Shown here: positions 26,401 to 40,231 of the stretch, piece after piece
Position numbering within the stretch: the stretch's first letter is position 1
Layout: every line of letters begins with the position of its first letter
NCBI GenBank assembly: GCA_964016885.1
Contig: OZ024753.1
Location: 45,322,001-45,386,000, forward strand
Origin: Eledone cirrhosa
Lineage: Eukaryota
DNA length: 64,000 nt
Direction of reading: 5' to 3'
Made by a program: the position numbers and the translations under genes
Notes under the pieces: model-generated
Databases searched by the model: none
What the model was told of the DNA's origin: nothing
What the model saw: the letters and a program-made list of their open reading frames with translations, nothing else

Positions 26401-28574
26401 ACACTATACCTCCCTCCACACCTCACCACCACCTCTACACTATACCTCCCTCCACACCTCACCACCACCTCTACACTATACCTCCTCCTAGTAGTAGTAC
26501 TAGTAGTAGGAGGAGGGTTGTGTAAGTAATGGAGGGAGATTTGTTTTTAATAGAGAAACCACTACTACTACTACTACTACTCCCACTACTACCACCACTA
26601 CTATTACTCTTTCATCTTCCTCCTCCTTCATCTTCCACAACACTCCTCCCCCTTCCACTTTCACCCCCCCCCCACCCCTTCCCCACTCACCTCCTCTTCA
26701 CCCCACCACCCTCCTCACACCACCACCACCACCACATTAAGGTGATATAAGAAAATCCAAGTTGTACTGTGAAGTGTGGATTGTTACACAACAGCTCTGC
26801 ATGTGCATGTGTGCATCTGTTGCATCTGTTGCAGGTGAACGTACGCATTCACTCGATCAATAATCACAATTCAAGTGCACATTCTCTTGCATCTTATGTT
26901 GTTGTTCTTGTTGTAGTAGAGACAATGGTGGTGGTGTTGGGGAGGTTGTGGTGGTTGTGGTGGTTGTTGTGGAGGTGCTGATGGTGGTGTTGTGGTGGTG
27001 GTGGTGGTGTTGGGGAGGTGCTGATGGTGGTGTTGTGGTGGTGGTGGTGGTGTTGGGGAGGTGCTGATGGTGGTGGTTGTGGTGGTGGTGGTTGTGGTGG
27101 TGGTTGTGGTGGTGGTTGGGGAGGTGCTGATGGTGGTTGTGGTGGTGGTTGTGGTGGTGGTTGTGGTGGTGTTGTGGTGGTGTTGGTGGTGGTGGTTGTG
27201 GTGTTGGGGAGGTGTTGTGGTGGTTGTGGTGGTGGTGGTGGTGGTAGTTGTGGTGGTGGTTGTGGTGTTGGGGAGGTGCTGATGGTGGTGTTGTGGTGGT
27301 GGTTGTGGTGGTGTTGTGGTGTTGGGGAGGTGCTGGTGGTGGTGTTGTGGTGGTGGTTGTGGTGTTGGGGAGGTGCTGGTGGTGGTGTTTGTGGTGGTGG
27401 TTGTGGTGTTGGGGAGGTGCTGGTGGTGGTGTTGTAGTGGTGGTTGTGGTGTTGGGGAGGTGCTGGTGGTGGTGTTCTAGTGGTGGTTGTGGTGGTGGTG
27501 TTCTAGTGGTGGTGGTTGTGGTGTTGTGGTGGTGGTTGTGGTGTGGTGGCAGTGGTGGCAGTGGTTTTATTGGAGTGGTTGTGGTGGTACTGTTGGAGGT
27601 GTTGATGTTGTAGTTGTGGCTGTGGTAGTGGTGGTGGTGATGTAGTGGTGTTGTGGTGGTGTTGTAGTAGTGGTGGTGTTGGGGTGGTGGTGTTGTGTTG
27701 GTTGTATTGGGGTGGTTGAGGTGGTGGTTGTATTGGGGTGATTGTGGTGCTGTTGTGGTAGTGTTGGGGTGGTGGTACTGTTGGAGGTGTTGATGTTGTA
27801 ATTGTAGCTGTGGTAGTGGTGGTGGTGTTGTTGTAGTGGTGGTTGTGGTAGTGGTTTTGTAGTAGTGGTGGTGTTGGAGTTGTTGTTGCTGTGGTGGTTG
27901 TATTGGCGTGGTTGTGGTGGTGGTTGTATTGGGGTGATGTAGTGGTGGTGGTGGTGTTGTGGTAGTGGTGATTGTGGTGTTGGTATTGTGGTCGTGGTAG
28001 TGTTGGGGTGGTGGGGATGTAGTAGTTGTGGTATTGTAGTGGTAGTGGTGGTGATGATGGTGGGGGTGTTGTAGGTTGTATTTGTGGTAGTGGTGTTGGT
28101 GGTGGAGTTGTTATTGTTGTAGGTGTTGGTATTGTATTGTCAATTCAATTCCATTTAATTATACCTGATTACTGAATTAATAATCATAGATGTTACGTTA
28201 AGTTTTAATCTTTAATGTCATTAAATGAAAACACACCCAGTACACTCTGTAAAGTGGTTGCTGATAGGAAGAGCATTCAGCCATAGAAAGCTTGCCTGGT
28301 GACCCTGTGGTAAACAGGCAAAACCCCAGAGTAACAAAAACTCAATATTTAGCTTTAATAAAATGAATATTTAAACTTTACTTCAATATTGAGTACTCAT
28401 TTCTCTCAACCGTCAACCACATACAGATATATATATATTTATATATATATCATCATCATCATCATCATCATTTAATGTCTATCTTCCACGCTAGCATGGG
28501 TTAGACGGGAGTTGTCCCACTTGAGGCAAGATTGGTCGAGTGACCGTGTCTTGCTTGTATAGGACTATCTGGCA

Positions 28575-28636
<62 letters not shown>

Positions 28637-31600
28637 CTTACACTCTATTATATACATCTCACATTTTCAATATATTTTATATTTTTTCTTCTATATTATT
28701 TACTATTGTTTTGTGTTGTTTTTTCTCTCTAGATTCCTGGGACTGTGTCGCCACAGTATTCTTTATTGACACTGCCCACAATATCATATCATATGTAGAG
28801 ACAATATGGAGGATTTTGAAACCTGGTGGATTCTGGGTAAATTTAGGTAAGAAATACACATTGTTTCATCAGAATGGATTGCTGTGTGGTTAATATGTTT
28901 CCTTTACAACTACGTGGTTTGGGGTTCAATCCCACTGTACGACAGCTTTAACAAATATCTTCTACTATAGATTCAGTCTACCTTTCTATTTCTTCTTTTA
29001 TCTCTCATTTTATATTCTGATGAAGGACTAACACCCTAAACATTAAGACACTTTTCCTACTATATCAAATGTTAAAATAATATATATCCTACTCCTTCCC
29101 ATGTATAGAGTACTAGAGTACTACCTCTCAGGCTGTAAGGAATCCTAAGTTGAGTTGCCTTAGTGGGACTTACTAGGTACTATTTTTAGCATTCCTTATG
29201 GCCTGTCCTGTAATATCTGCTTTTCTGTTAAATATTACTTTAACATCATGTGGGGAACATTTTAAAATTCTGCCATGTATGTATATATATATACATGGTA
29301 TATATATGTGGTATTATATGTAAGTCCCTTCCAGGTATGATGAGCCATGTAAGGTGACATCAACAACAGCAACATGAATAACATGTTTTTACCAATGTCT
29401 GTTTTTGTTTTTATATATATATATCATCATCATCGTTTAACGTCTATCTTCCATGCTAGCATGGGTTATATATATATATCCAGAGAGTGTAATTTGGAGT
29501 TACTGTAGGTTCAGAGTCGGGTCTGATTGATACAGATCGAACCCTGAGCTGATCAGTGGCGAAACGCGCGTCACCAACCAATAAATGTAATGACAATCGT
29601 CCTTGTTATTTTATTTCACTATATATCTCTATATATATATATATATTTCACTATATATCTATATATATATATATAGGAGGCACATGGCTAAGTGGTTAGA
29701 GCATTGGCCTTGCAATCGAGAGGTTGTGAGTTCAATTCTTAGACCGGGTGATGTGTTGTTTCCTTGAGCAAGACACTTTATTTCACATTGCTCCAGTTTA
29801 CTCAGCTGTAGAAATGAGATGATAGGGACTGGGGTCCCTATCATTCCACTGCACAGTGGTCGTGGAGGTGCCACGGCAAAAAAGCACCCAGCACTCACTG
29901 TAAATGAGGTTGGTGTTAGGAAGGGCATCCAGCTGTAGAGATCAAGCCAGAATCAGTTCCCGTCCCACCCTTGCAAGCAGGGAAAAGCGGACGTAAAATG
30001 AAATGAAATGAAAAATGAAATGATATATATATATACACACATGCGTGTATATATGTACATTCATATCTATCCATCTCTCTCACTATATATAAATAAATAT
30101 ATACATACACATACATATATATATGTCTGTGTTTATCGGTATATACTTACATACATTTACAAACACTCACACATACAAACACACATAAACATACATACAT
30201 GAATATTTATCTCACTGAAAAAAAAGGGTTAAATTAAATATAAATTCCACAATTTATATTTCAGCGTTTATTTAATTTTCTAAATGGGAAATAATATTTG
30301 CTTATCAAATTTTGTGATTGAAAAAATAATATTTTTTTTTGTATTTCTACTGGAAGTTTATCAAGTTAAAATTCCTATCAATTGTGCGTGGTCTTTCTTC
30401 TCTATCTTCCTCTATTTACCTATCTCTTTAACTCTCTTTCTATCACTCTATATACATGTCTGTCTTTTTCTTTCTCTATCTTTCTATATAAAAGTCTATC
30501 TTTCTCTCTGTATCTGTGTGTCTGTCTCTTTTCTCTGTTTATCCATCTGTCTCTATCCACCTATCGCTATCCATCAATCTATCCACCTATCTCCATCCAT
30601 CCATCTATCCATCCATCCATCAATCTATCTATTTATATATGTAACAGCATACATATAACTGTCACACTAAGGAATACACTCATCTCTCACCAATAGAGTT
30701 GCAACAGTCTGACATTCTGGCAGGGAAAACTAAACTTGAGATCTATAAAGCCCATAAATAAAACCCTAGGCCAGATATGTCCTACATATGGGCTAGGGTT
30801 AGGGTTAGGGCTAAAGTTAGGATTAGGGTTAAGGTTAGGGCTAGAGCTAGGGTAAGGTTTAGGGTTATGTCTAGGGTTAGGGCTAGGTTACGATTAGGAT
30901 TAAGGTTAGGGTTAGGGTAAGAGTAAGGGTTAGGGCTAGGGTTAGGTTAAGGGTTAGGGTTATCAATCATCAGCCAAAATCATGGTCTGATCTTCATTGA
31001 TCACCAATCAACAAAGAGACTACAATCTGTGAAAGTTTCTTGCCAAGACTTTCTTGGTCTGTGTCTTCTTTTAGAAACCATCAAATAATGTTCTTCTCAT
31101 TATTACTCTAACATGAAATTCTGCAGCTGTGAAGAAACTTTTTCATAGTTTGTATTATTATTATTATTATTTTTGTTGTTGTTTTTGTTGTTATTATTGT
31201 TAGTATCACATATGGTTCATTCACAGCCAACCTTCTTCCATCACATCCGTGAAAATTCTTTGGGATGGGTAAAAATAATGACAATGAAATTAAATAATTT
31301 ATAGAAAAAGAAAAAAAAAGTTAATAATAAAATAAATTCTTTATTTTGTCATTCCGTCCGAAAAAATTTAATTACAAAAACCAAAAAAAACCCCAAAAAG
31401 TACCAATAAACAAAAAAGAGAGGAAAAATTAAATTGCAATAACAAAGATTAAATAAATAAATAAATAAAAAATCAATCAAAATGGCGTTTGTGTTAAAAA
31501 AAATGTTCAAATTAATTAGTATCAGCTGGGTAGGAAATTCATTAAATAAGGATAAAACGTAATGAAAAAAATTTCATTGAAAGACAAAGAAGAGGTAAAA

Positions 31601-32887
31601 ATAAGTATTAAACAAAGAAAATATTGCTGAAAACCAATAAAACAACAGAGTTATATTAAATTGTTTCAGCAAGCGAGGCTTAAATTTTTCAGTTGCTAAA
31701 CCATAATTCTGTTCATTACTGCTGTCAAAGTTTTAAGACGTTTTTAAAAGTTGTTTAGCTGTAATTTCCTGTGATAAATGACGATGAGGATTTTGTTTGT
31801 CGAATCAAATTGCAGTGATGTGTGAAGCATTACACATGGTTATACATACATGAATATATATATATATAGGTTTAACCCATGCTAGCGTGGAAGATGGACG
31901 TTAAACGACGATGCTGATGATATATATATATATGTATATATGTGGCTGACAGAATACAGATGTGTTTTTCTCAAAAAAGGTTTTTTCCCATTCCTTCCTC
32001 TTCTCACTTTATCTTTCTATCTCATCTTTTATTTCTTATTCTATTTTCTGAGGAAGGACTTGTGCCCAAAATGTTAAGACTCTTTTCCTACTATATCAAG
32101 CATTACACTAATATATTTTTTCAATGTACTGTATCGTTTGCTTTGTTATTTCTGTTTACCTCTGTTTACCAACCTTTCTAGCTAACTAGCCAGCCAGCTT
32201 TTCTAGCCACATAGCTAGCATTTCCAGCCAAACAGCCAGCCAGCTAGCCTTTCCAGCCACATAGCTAGCATTTCCAGCCAAACAGCCAGCCAGCTAGCCT
32301 TTGCAGCCACATAGCTAGCATTTCCAGCCACATAACTAGCATTTCCAGCTACATAGCTAGCATTTCCAGCCACATAACTAGCCTTTCCAGCCTCACAGCC
32401 AGCCTTTCTAGCCAGTTAGCCTTTGTAGCCAGCTAGCCTTGCCAGCCATTCCAGCCAATTACATGTCTTTCTCTATCATTTTCTGTTCTATTTTGGTTTC
32501 ATTTGACTTCACTGCCTCCATTGTTCATTGTGTAAAGACAACACTACAACACCATCAGTTCTTTCACAAGAAATTCCTTCGGTATTCTTCTCCTGCAATA
32601 TTTATGCTTCCCAATAGCAGATAACAATGGAATGCCACAAACTTCTACACTCTTACTGCCTCTGTTTTTTTTTTCTGTAAAGGTATTTAAAATGCATGTA
32701 TCGCAAATGGCAGTGCCATTCAACTCTCCCTTAAAAGAGCCTGTAATAAAAAGAAGCTAGTTTGTATAGGAAGTGTTTGAAAAAAGGAAAAGAATGTGTG
32801 TATCTGTATATATATTTATATATCATCATCATCGTTTAACGTCCATGTTCCACGCTTGCATGGGTTTATATATACATACATACACAG

Positions 32888-32940
<53 letters not shown>

Positions 32941-33013
32941 TATATATATACACAGATACATGTATATTTATATATATATATATATACACAGATACATGTA
33001 TATATATACACAG

Positions 33014-33108
<95 letters not shown>

Positions 33109-35752
33109 GATACATGTATATATATATATATATATATACACAGATACATACATATATATATGTATGTGTATATATATATATATATACAGATACATATATA
33201 TATATATAAAAGGTAAACGGAAATAACAACACAATCGGTACAGTATATGGAAGGAATATATACTCTTTTACCTGTTTCAGCCATCCGGCTGAGGCCATGC
33301 TGGGGCACCGCCCTTGATATATATATATTTATGCAGGGTGTCCTCGAAAAATGTATACACACTTTGATTACTTGTACAGGCAATATTTATTAGAATGCTG
33401 TTGAAGTGTGAATACATTTTTGGGGACACCCTGTACTTATGTAAATACATATACACACATATGTGTGCATGAATGTGTGTATATACATACATAGATGCAT
33501 ATATATATATACACACTTTGTATATACATACATACTCTTGTCTGTTTTTTTTCAAGTTATTTTCATATATTATTTTTGTCTATTTTTCATAAAATATTAA
33601 TTTTTCTTATAAATGGAGGAGGAAATAATTTATTGAGAATGTGACGAAAGGACAATGGTGGTGATGGTGGTGATGGTGGTGATGGTGGTGATGGTGATGG
33701 TGGTGGTGATGGTGGTGATGGTGGTGATGGTGGTGGTGATGGTGGTGGTGGTGATGGTGGTGATGGTGGTGGTGGTGGTGGTGATGATGATGGTGATGGT
33801 GGTGGTGATGGTGGTGGTGGTGGTGATGGTGGTGGTGGTGGTAGTGATGGTGGTGGTGGTGGTGGTAGTGATGGTGGTGATGGTGGTGATGGTGGTGATG
33901 GTGATGGTGGTGGTGATGGTGATGGTGGTAGTGGTAGTGATGGTGGTGGTGATGGTGGTGATGGTGATGGTGATGATGGTGGTGATGGTGGTGATGGTGG
34001 TGGTGGTGATAGTGGTAGTGATGGTGGTGGTGGTGATGGTGATGGTGATAGTGGTAGTGATGGTGGTGATGGTGATGATGGTGGTGGTGGTGGTGGTGGT
34101 GGTGGTGGTGGTGGTGATGATGGTGATGGTGGTGGTGATGATGGTGGTGGTGGTGATGGTGGTGGTGGTGGTGATGGTGGTGGTGGTGGTGATGGTGGTG
34201 GTGGTGGTGGTGGTGGTAGTGATGGTGGTGGTGGTGGTGATGATGATGGTGATGGTGGTGGTGATGATGGTGGTGGTGGTGATGGTGGTGGTGGTGGTGA
34301 TGGTGGTGGTGGTGGTAGTGATGGTGGTGATGGTGGTGATGGTGGTGATGGTGATGATAGTGATGGTGATGGTGATGGTGGTGATGATGATGATAGTGGT
34401 AGTGATGGTGATGGGGATAATGGTTCTGATGGTGACGGTGGTGATAATAATGATGGTGATGGTGGTGGTGATAATGATGATGGTGGTGATGGTGGTGATG
34501 ATGACGGTGGTGATGGTGGTGTTGATAATGATGATGGTGGTGATGGTGGTGTTGATAATGATGATGGTGGTGATGGTGGTGATGATGGTGGTGATGGTGG
34601 TGATGATGATGGTGGTGATGGTGGTGATGATGATTATGGAAACGGTGATGATGATGATGGTAGTGTTGGTGTTATGGTGATAGTGATGATGACAACAGTT
34701 ATGTTAAAGATGGTGACAGCAATGATGATGATGATGATGATTTCAATGTCTATTTTTCATCAGTTCCTCATTTGTTTGTCTCTTGATTGTTATTATTATT
34801 ATTGAAGATCAGGGGTCGATAAAATAAAGTACCAGTAATGCACTGGGTAATTGCTGGCCTTGTGCCTAAAGTAGAAACAACTATTATTGAAGATCAGCTG
34901 TTTGCTCTCTTCCGGAGAACTTTCAGCCCGGGGCCTATGGATAACTTCCAAAAATCCCTGGCCTGGCAGTGCTACCGGGGAGCGCTGCCGGTTCGAGATA
35001 ACCTCTACAGGCATGGAAGGGCCGTCAGCCGAGCCTGTCCGAGATGCGCGCGGAGCGACGAAACCGTTGTGCACGCACTCGTTCAGTGCCCGAACATTGC
35101 TGACTTGTGGAGCTATGTCGAACAGTTGCTGTCGCGTGTGGGACTGATCCGGTTGTCGACTGAGTCCATTGTGCAGATGGTCTCGCCGTCTACCTTCGAG
35201 GAGGAAGGGCAGGCGGTTTTCATCTGCCTGGTGGCCATGGCGAAAGAGATTGTGTGGTGGACAAGGTTAAAAGGGTTAAAGACAGACACTTTCCTCTTCG
35301 GCGAATCCCTAATTAACTTTTTCAAGTTTCACTTGAAGAGGAAAATCAGGGTGGAGAGGCAAGTGCTGCCTCCAGCAAGTTTGTTGAAAGGTGGGTGAAT
35401 GTAGCGAGAATGGTCCGAGTGAAAGGGACCACTCTGAATATACGTCTGTAGTTTGAGAGATGGAAAAATTGAGAGAGGGCGCTTGCCCTGGTGGTCAGGG
35501 TGGCCGTGGTCTTTTGTGTGGTTTTCGCCACGAGTAACCCTCAGAGGTTTCCCCCCTATTGGGGAATTTTTCATTGTTTCAATTTTCATTTTTATTGTTT
35601 ATATATATATATGTTTTATGTCCTTTTTTTTCTTTTCTTATATAAATAATAAAAATATTTACACGCACAAAACCCACATCGTACCGTCCTGTAGCGTCCT
35701 GTGCCGTCTCTAATGTTTTTCTTGATGTCAGCCCTTGTGGCCAATAAAGAAA

Positions 35753-35792
<40 letters not shown>

Positions 35793-36035
35793 GACCATCT
35801 AATAATTTTTCTTGCCATTGATGTATACACATACACCCACATATATATATATATATATATACATATGTATACACACATATATATGCATACACACATATAT
35901 ATACACACACATATATATATACACATACACACATATATATATACACATATATACACACACATATGTATACACACATTTATATATATACACACACACATAT
36001 ATATATATATATACACACAGACATATATATATATT

Positions 36036-36107
<72 letters not shown>

Positions 36108-36126
36108 CACACACATATATATATAT

Positions 36127-36159
<33 letters not shown>

Positions 36160-37517
36160 CACATACACACACATATATATATATATACACAGACACATAT
36201 ATATATATATATATATACACATACACACACATATATATATACACAGAGACACACATATATATATATATATACACATATATACACATACAACATGATGATG
36301 ATGATGTATGTATATGTGTATTTATTTCTTATTCTTGTACAACAATCTCTTTGGTTGTCACCTGATCACACACACACACACACATATATAATAATACTTC
36401 CAGCCCCCTCCTCCACTCCACTTCTCCCCTCTTCCCCTACCTCTTCTATCCCACCTCCTCTCTAATCTCCTCCACCCCCTCTCCCCTCCCCCCAACCCCA
36501 GCCCCCTCTCTATATCTGTCATTTGTATCAATACAACCCACCCTGCCCCATGGCACACTGGAGTGGAGTCTGCCTCTGGCTCCACAATAACGCTGCACAG
36601 CAAATCCTAAACAAAACTGGAGAACTTAATTCCTTGAAAACATTTCTTAAATGGACAACAACAGCAACAACAGTAACAGCATCAACAGCAACAACAGCAA
36701 CATCAACAACAGCAACAGCAACATCAACAACAGCAACAACAACAACAGCAACAACATCAACAGCAACATCAACAACAGCAACAACATCAACAACAGCAAC
36801 ATCAACATCAACAACAATAAAACAAACCAAAATATGAAATACAAATCTCTCCCCAGGCCATCATCAACACTACTACTACCACCACTACCACCACCACCGC
36901 TACTACCACCACCACTACTACCACCACTACTACCACCACTACTACTACCACCACTACTACTACCACCACTACTACCACCACTACTACCACCACTACTACT
37001 ACCACCACTACTACCACCACTACTACCACCACCATCACTACTACCACCACCATCACTACTACTACCACCACTACTACCACCACTACTACCACCACTACTA
37101 CTACCACCACTACTACCACCACTACTACTACCACCACTACTACCACTACTACTACCACCATCATCAACACTACTACCACCACTACTACTACCACCACCAT
37201 CACCACCACTACTACCACCACCATCACCACCACTACTACTACCACCATCATCAACACTACTACCACCACAATCACCACCACTACTACTACCACCATCACC
37301 ACTACTACTACCACCACCACCACTACTACTACCACCATCATCACCACTACCACCACCACCACCACTACTACCACCACCATCATCACTACTACTACCACCA
37401 CCACCATCACTACCACCACCACCACAATCAACAGCATCACCATCATCGCCATCTCCATCACTATCAATACCATGACCACCACCACCATCACCTGTTCCTC
37501 TCAGTAAGAGAGAGTTG

Positions 37518-37591
<74 letters not shown>

Positions 37592-37868
37592 CGTATATAT
37601 ATATATATATACAACAAAGGAATTGTGGTAAGGAACCAGGTGGACCATAACGCACCAGAGTACTCAATACTTAGAGTAGTAGAGTGGGAAATAGGAAAAT
37701 GTTCAAGACCCCCGACGGCAGAGCTGAAACTGTTTTGACGGTTATTTCTGGACTTAGAAATGGCTTGAGCTCTGCCGTCGGGGTCATACTTTTTCATATA
37801 TATATATATATATATATAGCGAGAGAGAGAGAGAGAGAGATTTGATTTATAGATAGAATGTTTGATAG

Positions 37869-37949
<81 letters not shown>

Positions 37950-38139
37950 GTGAAATATTTGAAAAATCTCCTAAACTTCAATACATATATATATATATAT
38001 ATATATGTATATATGGAAAGTTATATTTAAATTGTTGGGTTACAACTAGTAAATATTAATAACTGATATATATATGTATATATATATATATTAATAACTG
38101 ATATATATATGTATATATATATATATTAATAACTGTATA

Positions 38140-38187
<48 letters not shown>

Positions 38188-38202
38188 TATACATATATAT
38201 AC

Positions 38203-38251
<49 letters not shown>

Positions 38252-38262
38252 CATATATATAC

Positions 38263-38342
<80 letters not shown>

Positions 38343-38580
38343 GTATATATATGTATATATATATATATATATATATAACGAAGGAAATGTGGTAAGGAAC
38401 CAGGTGGACCATAACGCACCAAAGTACTCAATACTTGAGGTAGTAGAGTGGGTAATAGGAACCAGTAGGACCCCGACAGCTGAGCTCAAGCCGTTTCGAC
38501 GGCTAATTCTGGACGCTAATTCAGTCCAGAATTAGCCGTCGAAACGGCTTGAGCTCAGCTGTCGGGGTCCTACTGGTTCC

Positions 38581-38620
<40 letters not shown>

Positions 38621-38787
38621 GTAATAATAATAAAATTGAAGACTAAAATCCAAAGAGGGCTCGATAAGGAAAATATATATCAAATATATAAGAACCGTAG
38701 AGCAAATATTTATTAAAATAACAGATTAAAGTTTAAGCAAAGGGTGAAAGCAGCGATTCTTTGCTTAAACTTTAATCTGTTATTTTA

Positions 38788-38836
<49 letters not shown>

Positions 38837-38843
38837 CATATAC

Positions 38844-38889
<46 letters not shown>

Positions 38890-40191
38890 GTATATATATA
38901 TACCCTTGCAAGCAGGGAAAAGCAGACGTAAAATGTTGATGGTGATATATAGATATATGAAAGCCTGTCACCAAGTGTGAGATATATTAAAGTACATTTT
39001 ACCTCAAGTTGATCAAAAGTAAAGTGGAGAGTTTATATAAGAAACTAAAGACATCTCGTTTAAACTGGATACAACTGGTCGTAGCTTTTATCTTATTTCT
39101 TCTTTCATTCCTTCACACTTGTCATTTCTTACTCCTTCTACTCCCCTTCAACACCCACTCCCCCTCCTTCTTGTTCTTGTTGTTGTTCTTCTTTTCCTCC
39201 TCTTTCTTGTTCTTGTGCTTGTTGTTGTTGTTCTCCCCCCCCCCCTCCTTCACCCCCTCCTTCACCCCCTCCCCACCCTCCTCAACACTCATCAAAAAAG
39301 AAATTATGAATAAGTATATTTGACATTCCTGATGATTTCATACGAATGAAACAGTTCTAATCCTGTATGTACCAACCACTACCTCTACCATCAACACCAC
39401 CACCAACACCGCCACCACCAAGACAACACCGCCACCCCACACCCACCAAGACACCACCACCAACCAACACTACCACCACCATCTCCTCCACTACCTCTAA
39501 CCCCACCACTACCTCTACCTCCACCCCACCAAGACACCACCACCACCACCACCAACACTACCACCACCATCTCCTCCACTACCTCTAACCCCACCACTAC
39601 CTCTACCTCCACCCCACCAAGACACCACCACCACCAACACTACCACCACCATCTCCTCCACTACCTCTACCCCCCCCCCCCCCCCCCTCTACCATTCAAC
39701 GCCACCTCCACCCCACCAAGACACCACCACCACCACCACCACCACCACCACCACTACCACCACCATCTCCTCCACTACCTCTACCACCACTGCCACCTCC
39801 CCCCACTCCCCACCCCGCCCCACCACTACCTCTACCATCAACGCCACCTCCACCCCACCAAGACACCACCACCACCACCAACACTACCACCACCATCTCC
39901 TCCACTACCTCTACCCCCCACTCCCACCCCACCACCACCTCTACCATCAACGCCACCTCCACCCCACCAAGACCCCCACCGCCACCACCACCACCTCTTA
40001 CTGACCGTCCATGTTTTATATTTGCAGGTCCATTGCTGTACCATTTTTCAGACATGCCAAATGAAAGTTCCATAGAACTGAGTTATGATGATGTGAGGCA
40101 AGTCATTCTTCAGTATGGGTTCCAGTTTGAGGTAAATACACATTTATATTAACACACACACACACACACACAGAATATACATATATATACT

Positions 40192-40231
<40 letters not shown>

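Noticed and set aside
29680-29750. tRNA gene candidates (also SINE heads at 12395, 51480, 51660)
   Set aside because: A/B boxes are present but there is no full cloverleaf, and the sequences continue into SINE bodies
34838-35398. 186-aa ORF as a host gene
   Set aside because: Its N-terminus is SINE sequence and the rest is a frameshifted LINE zf-RVT fragment
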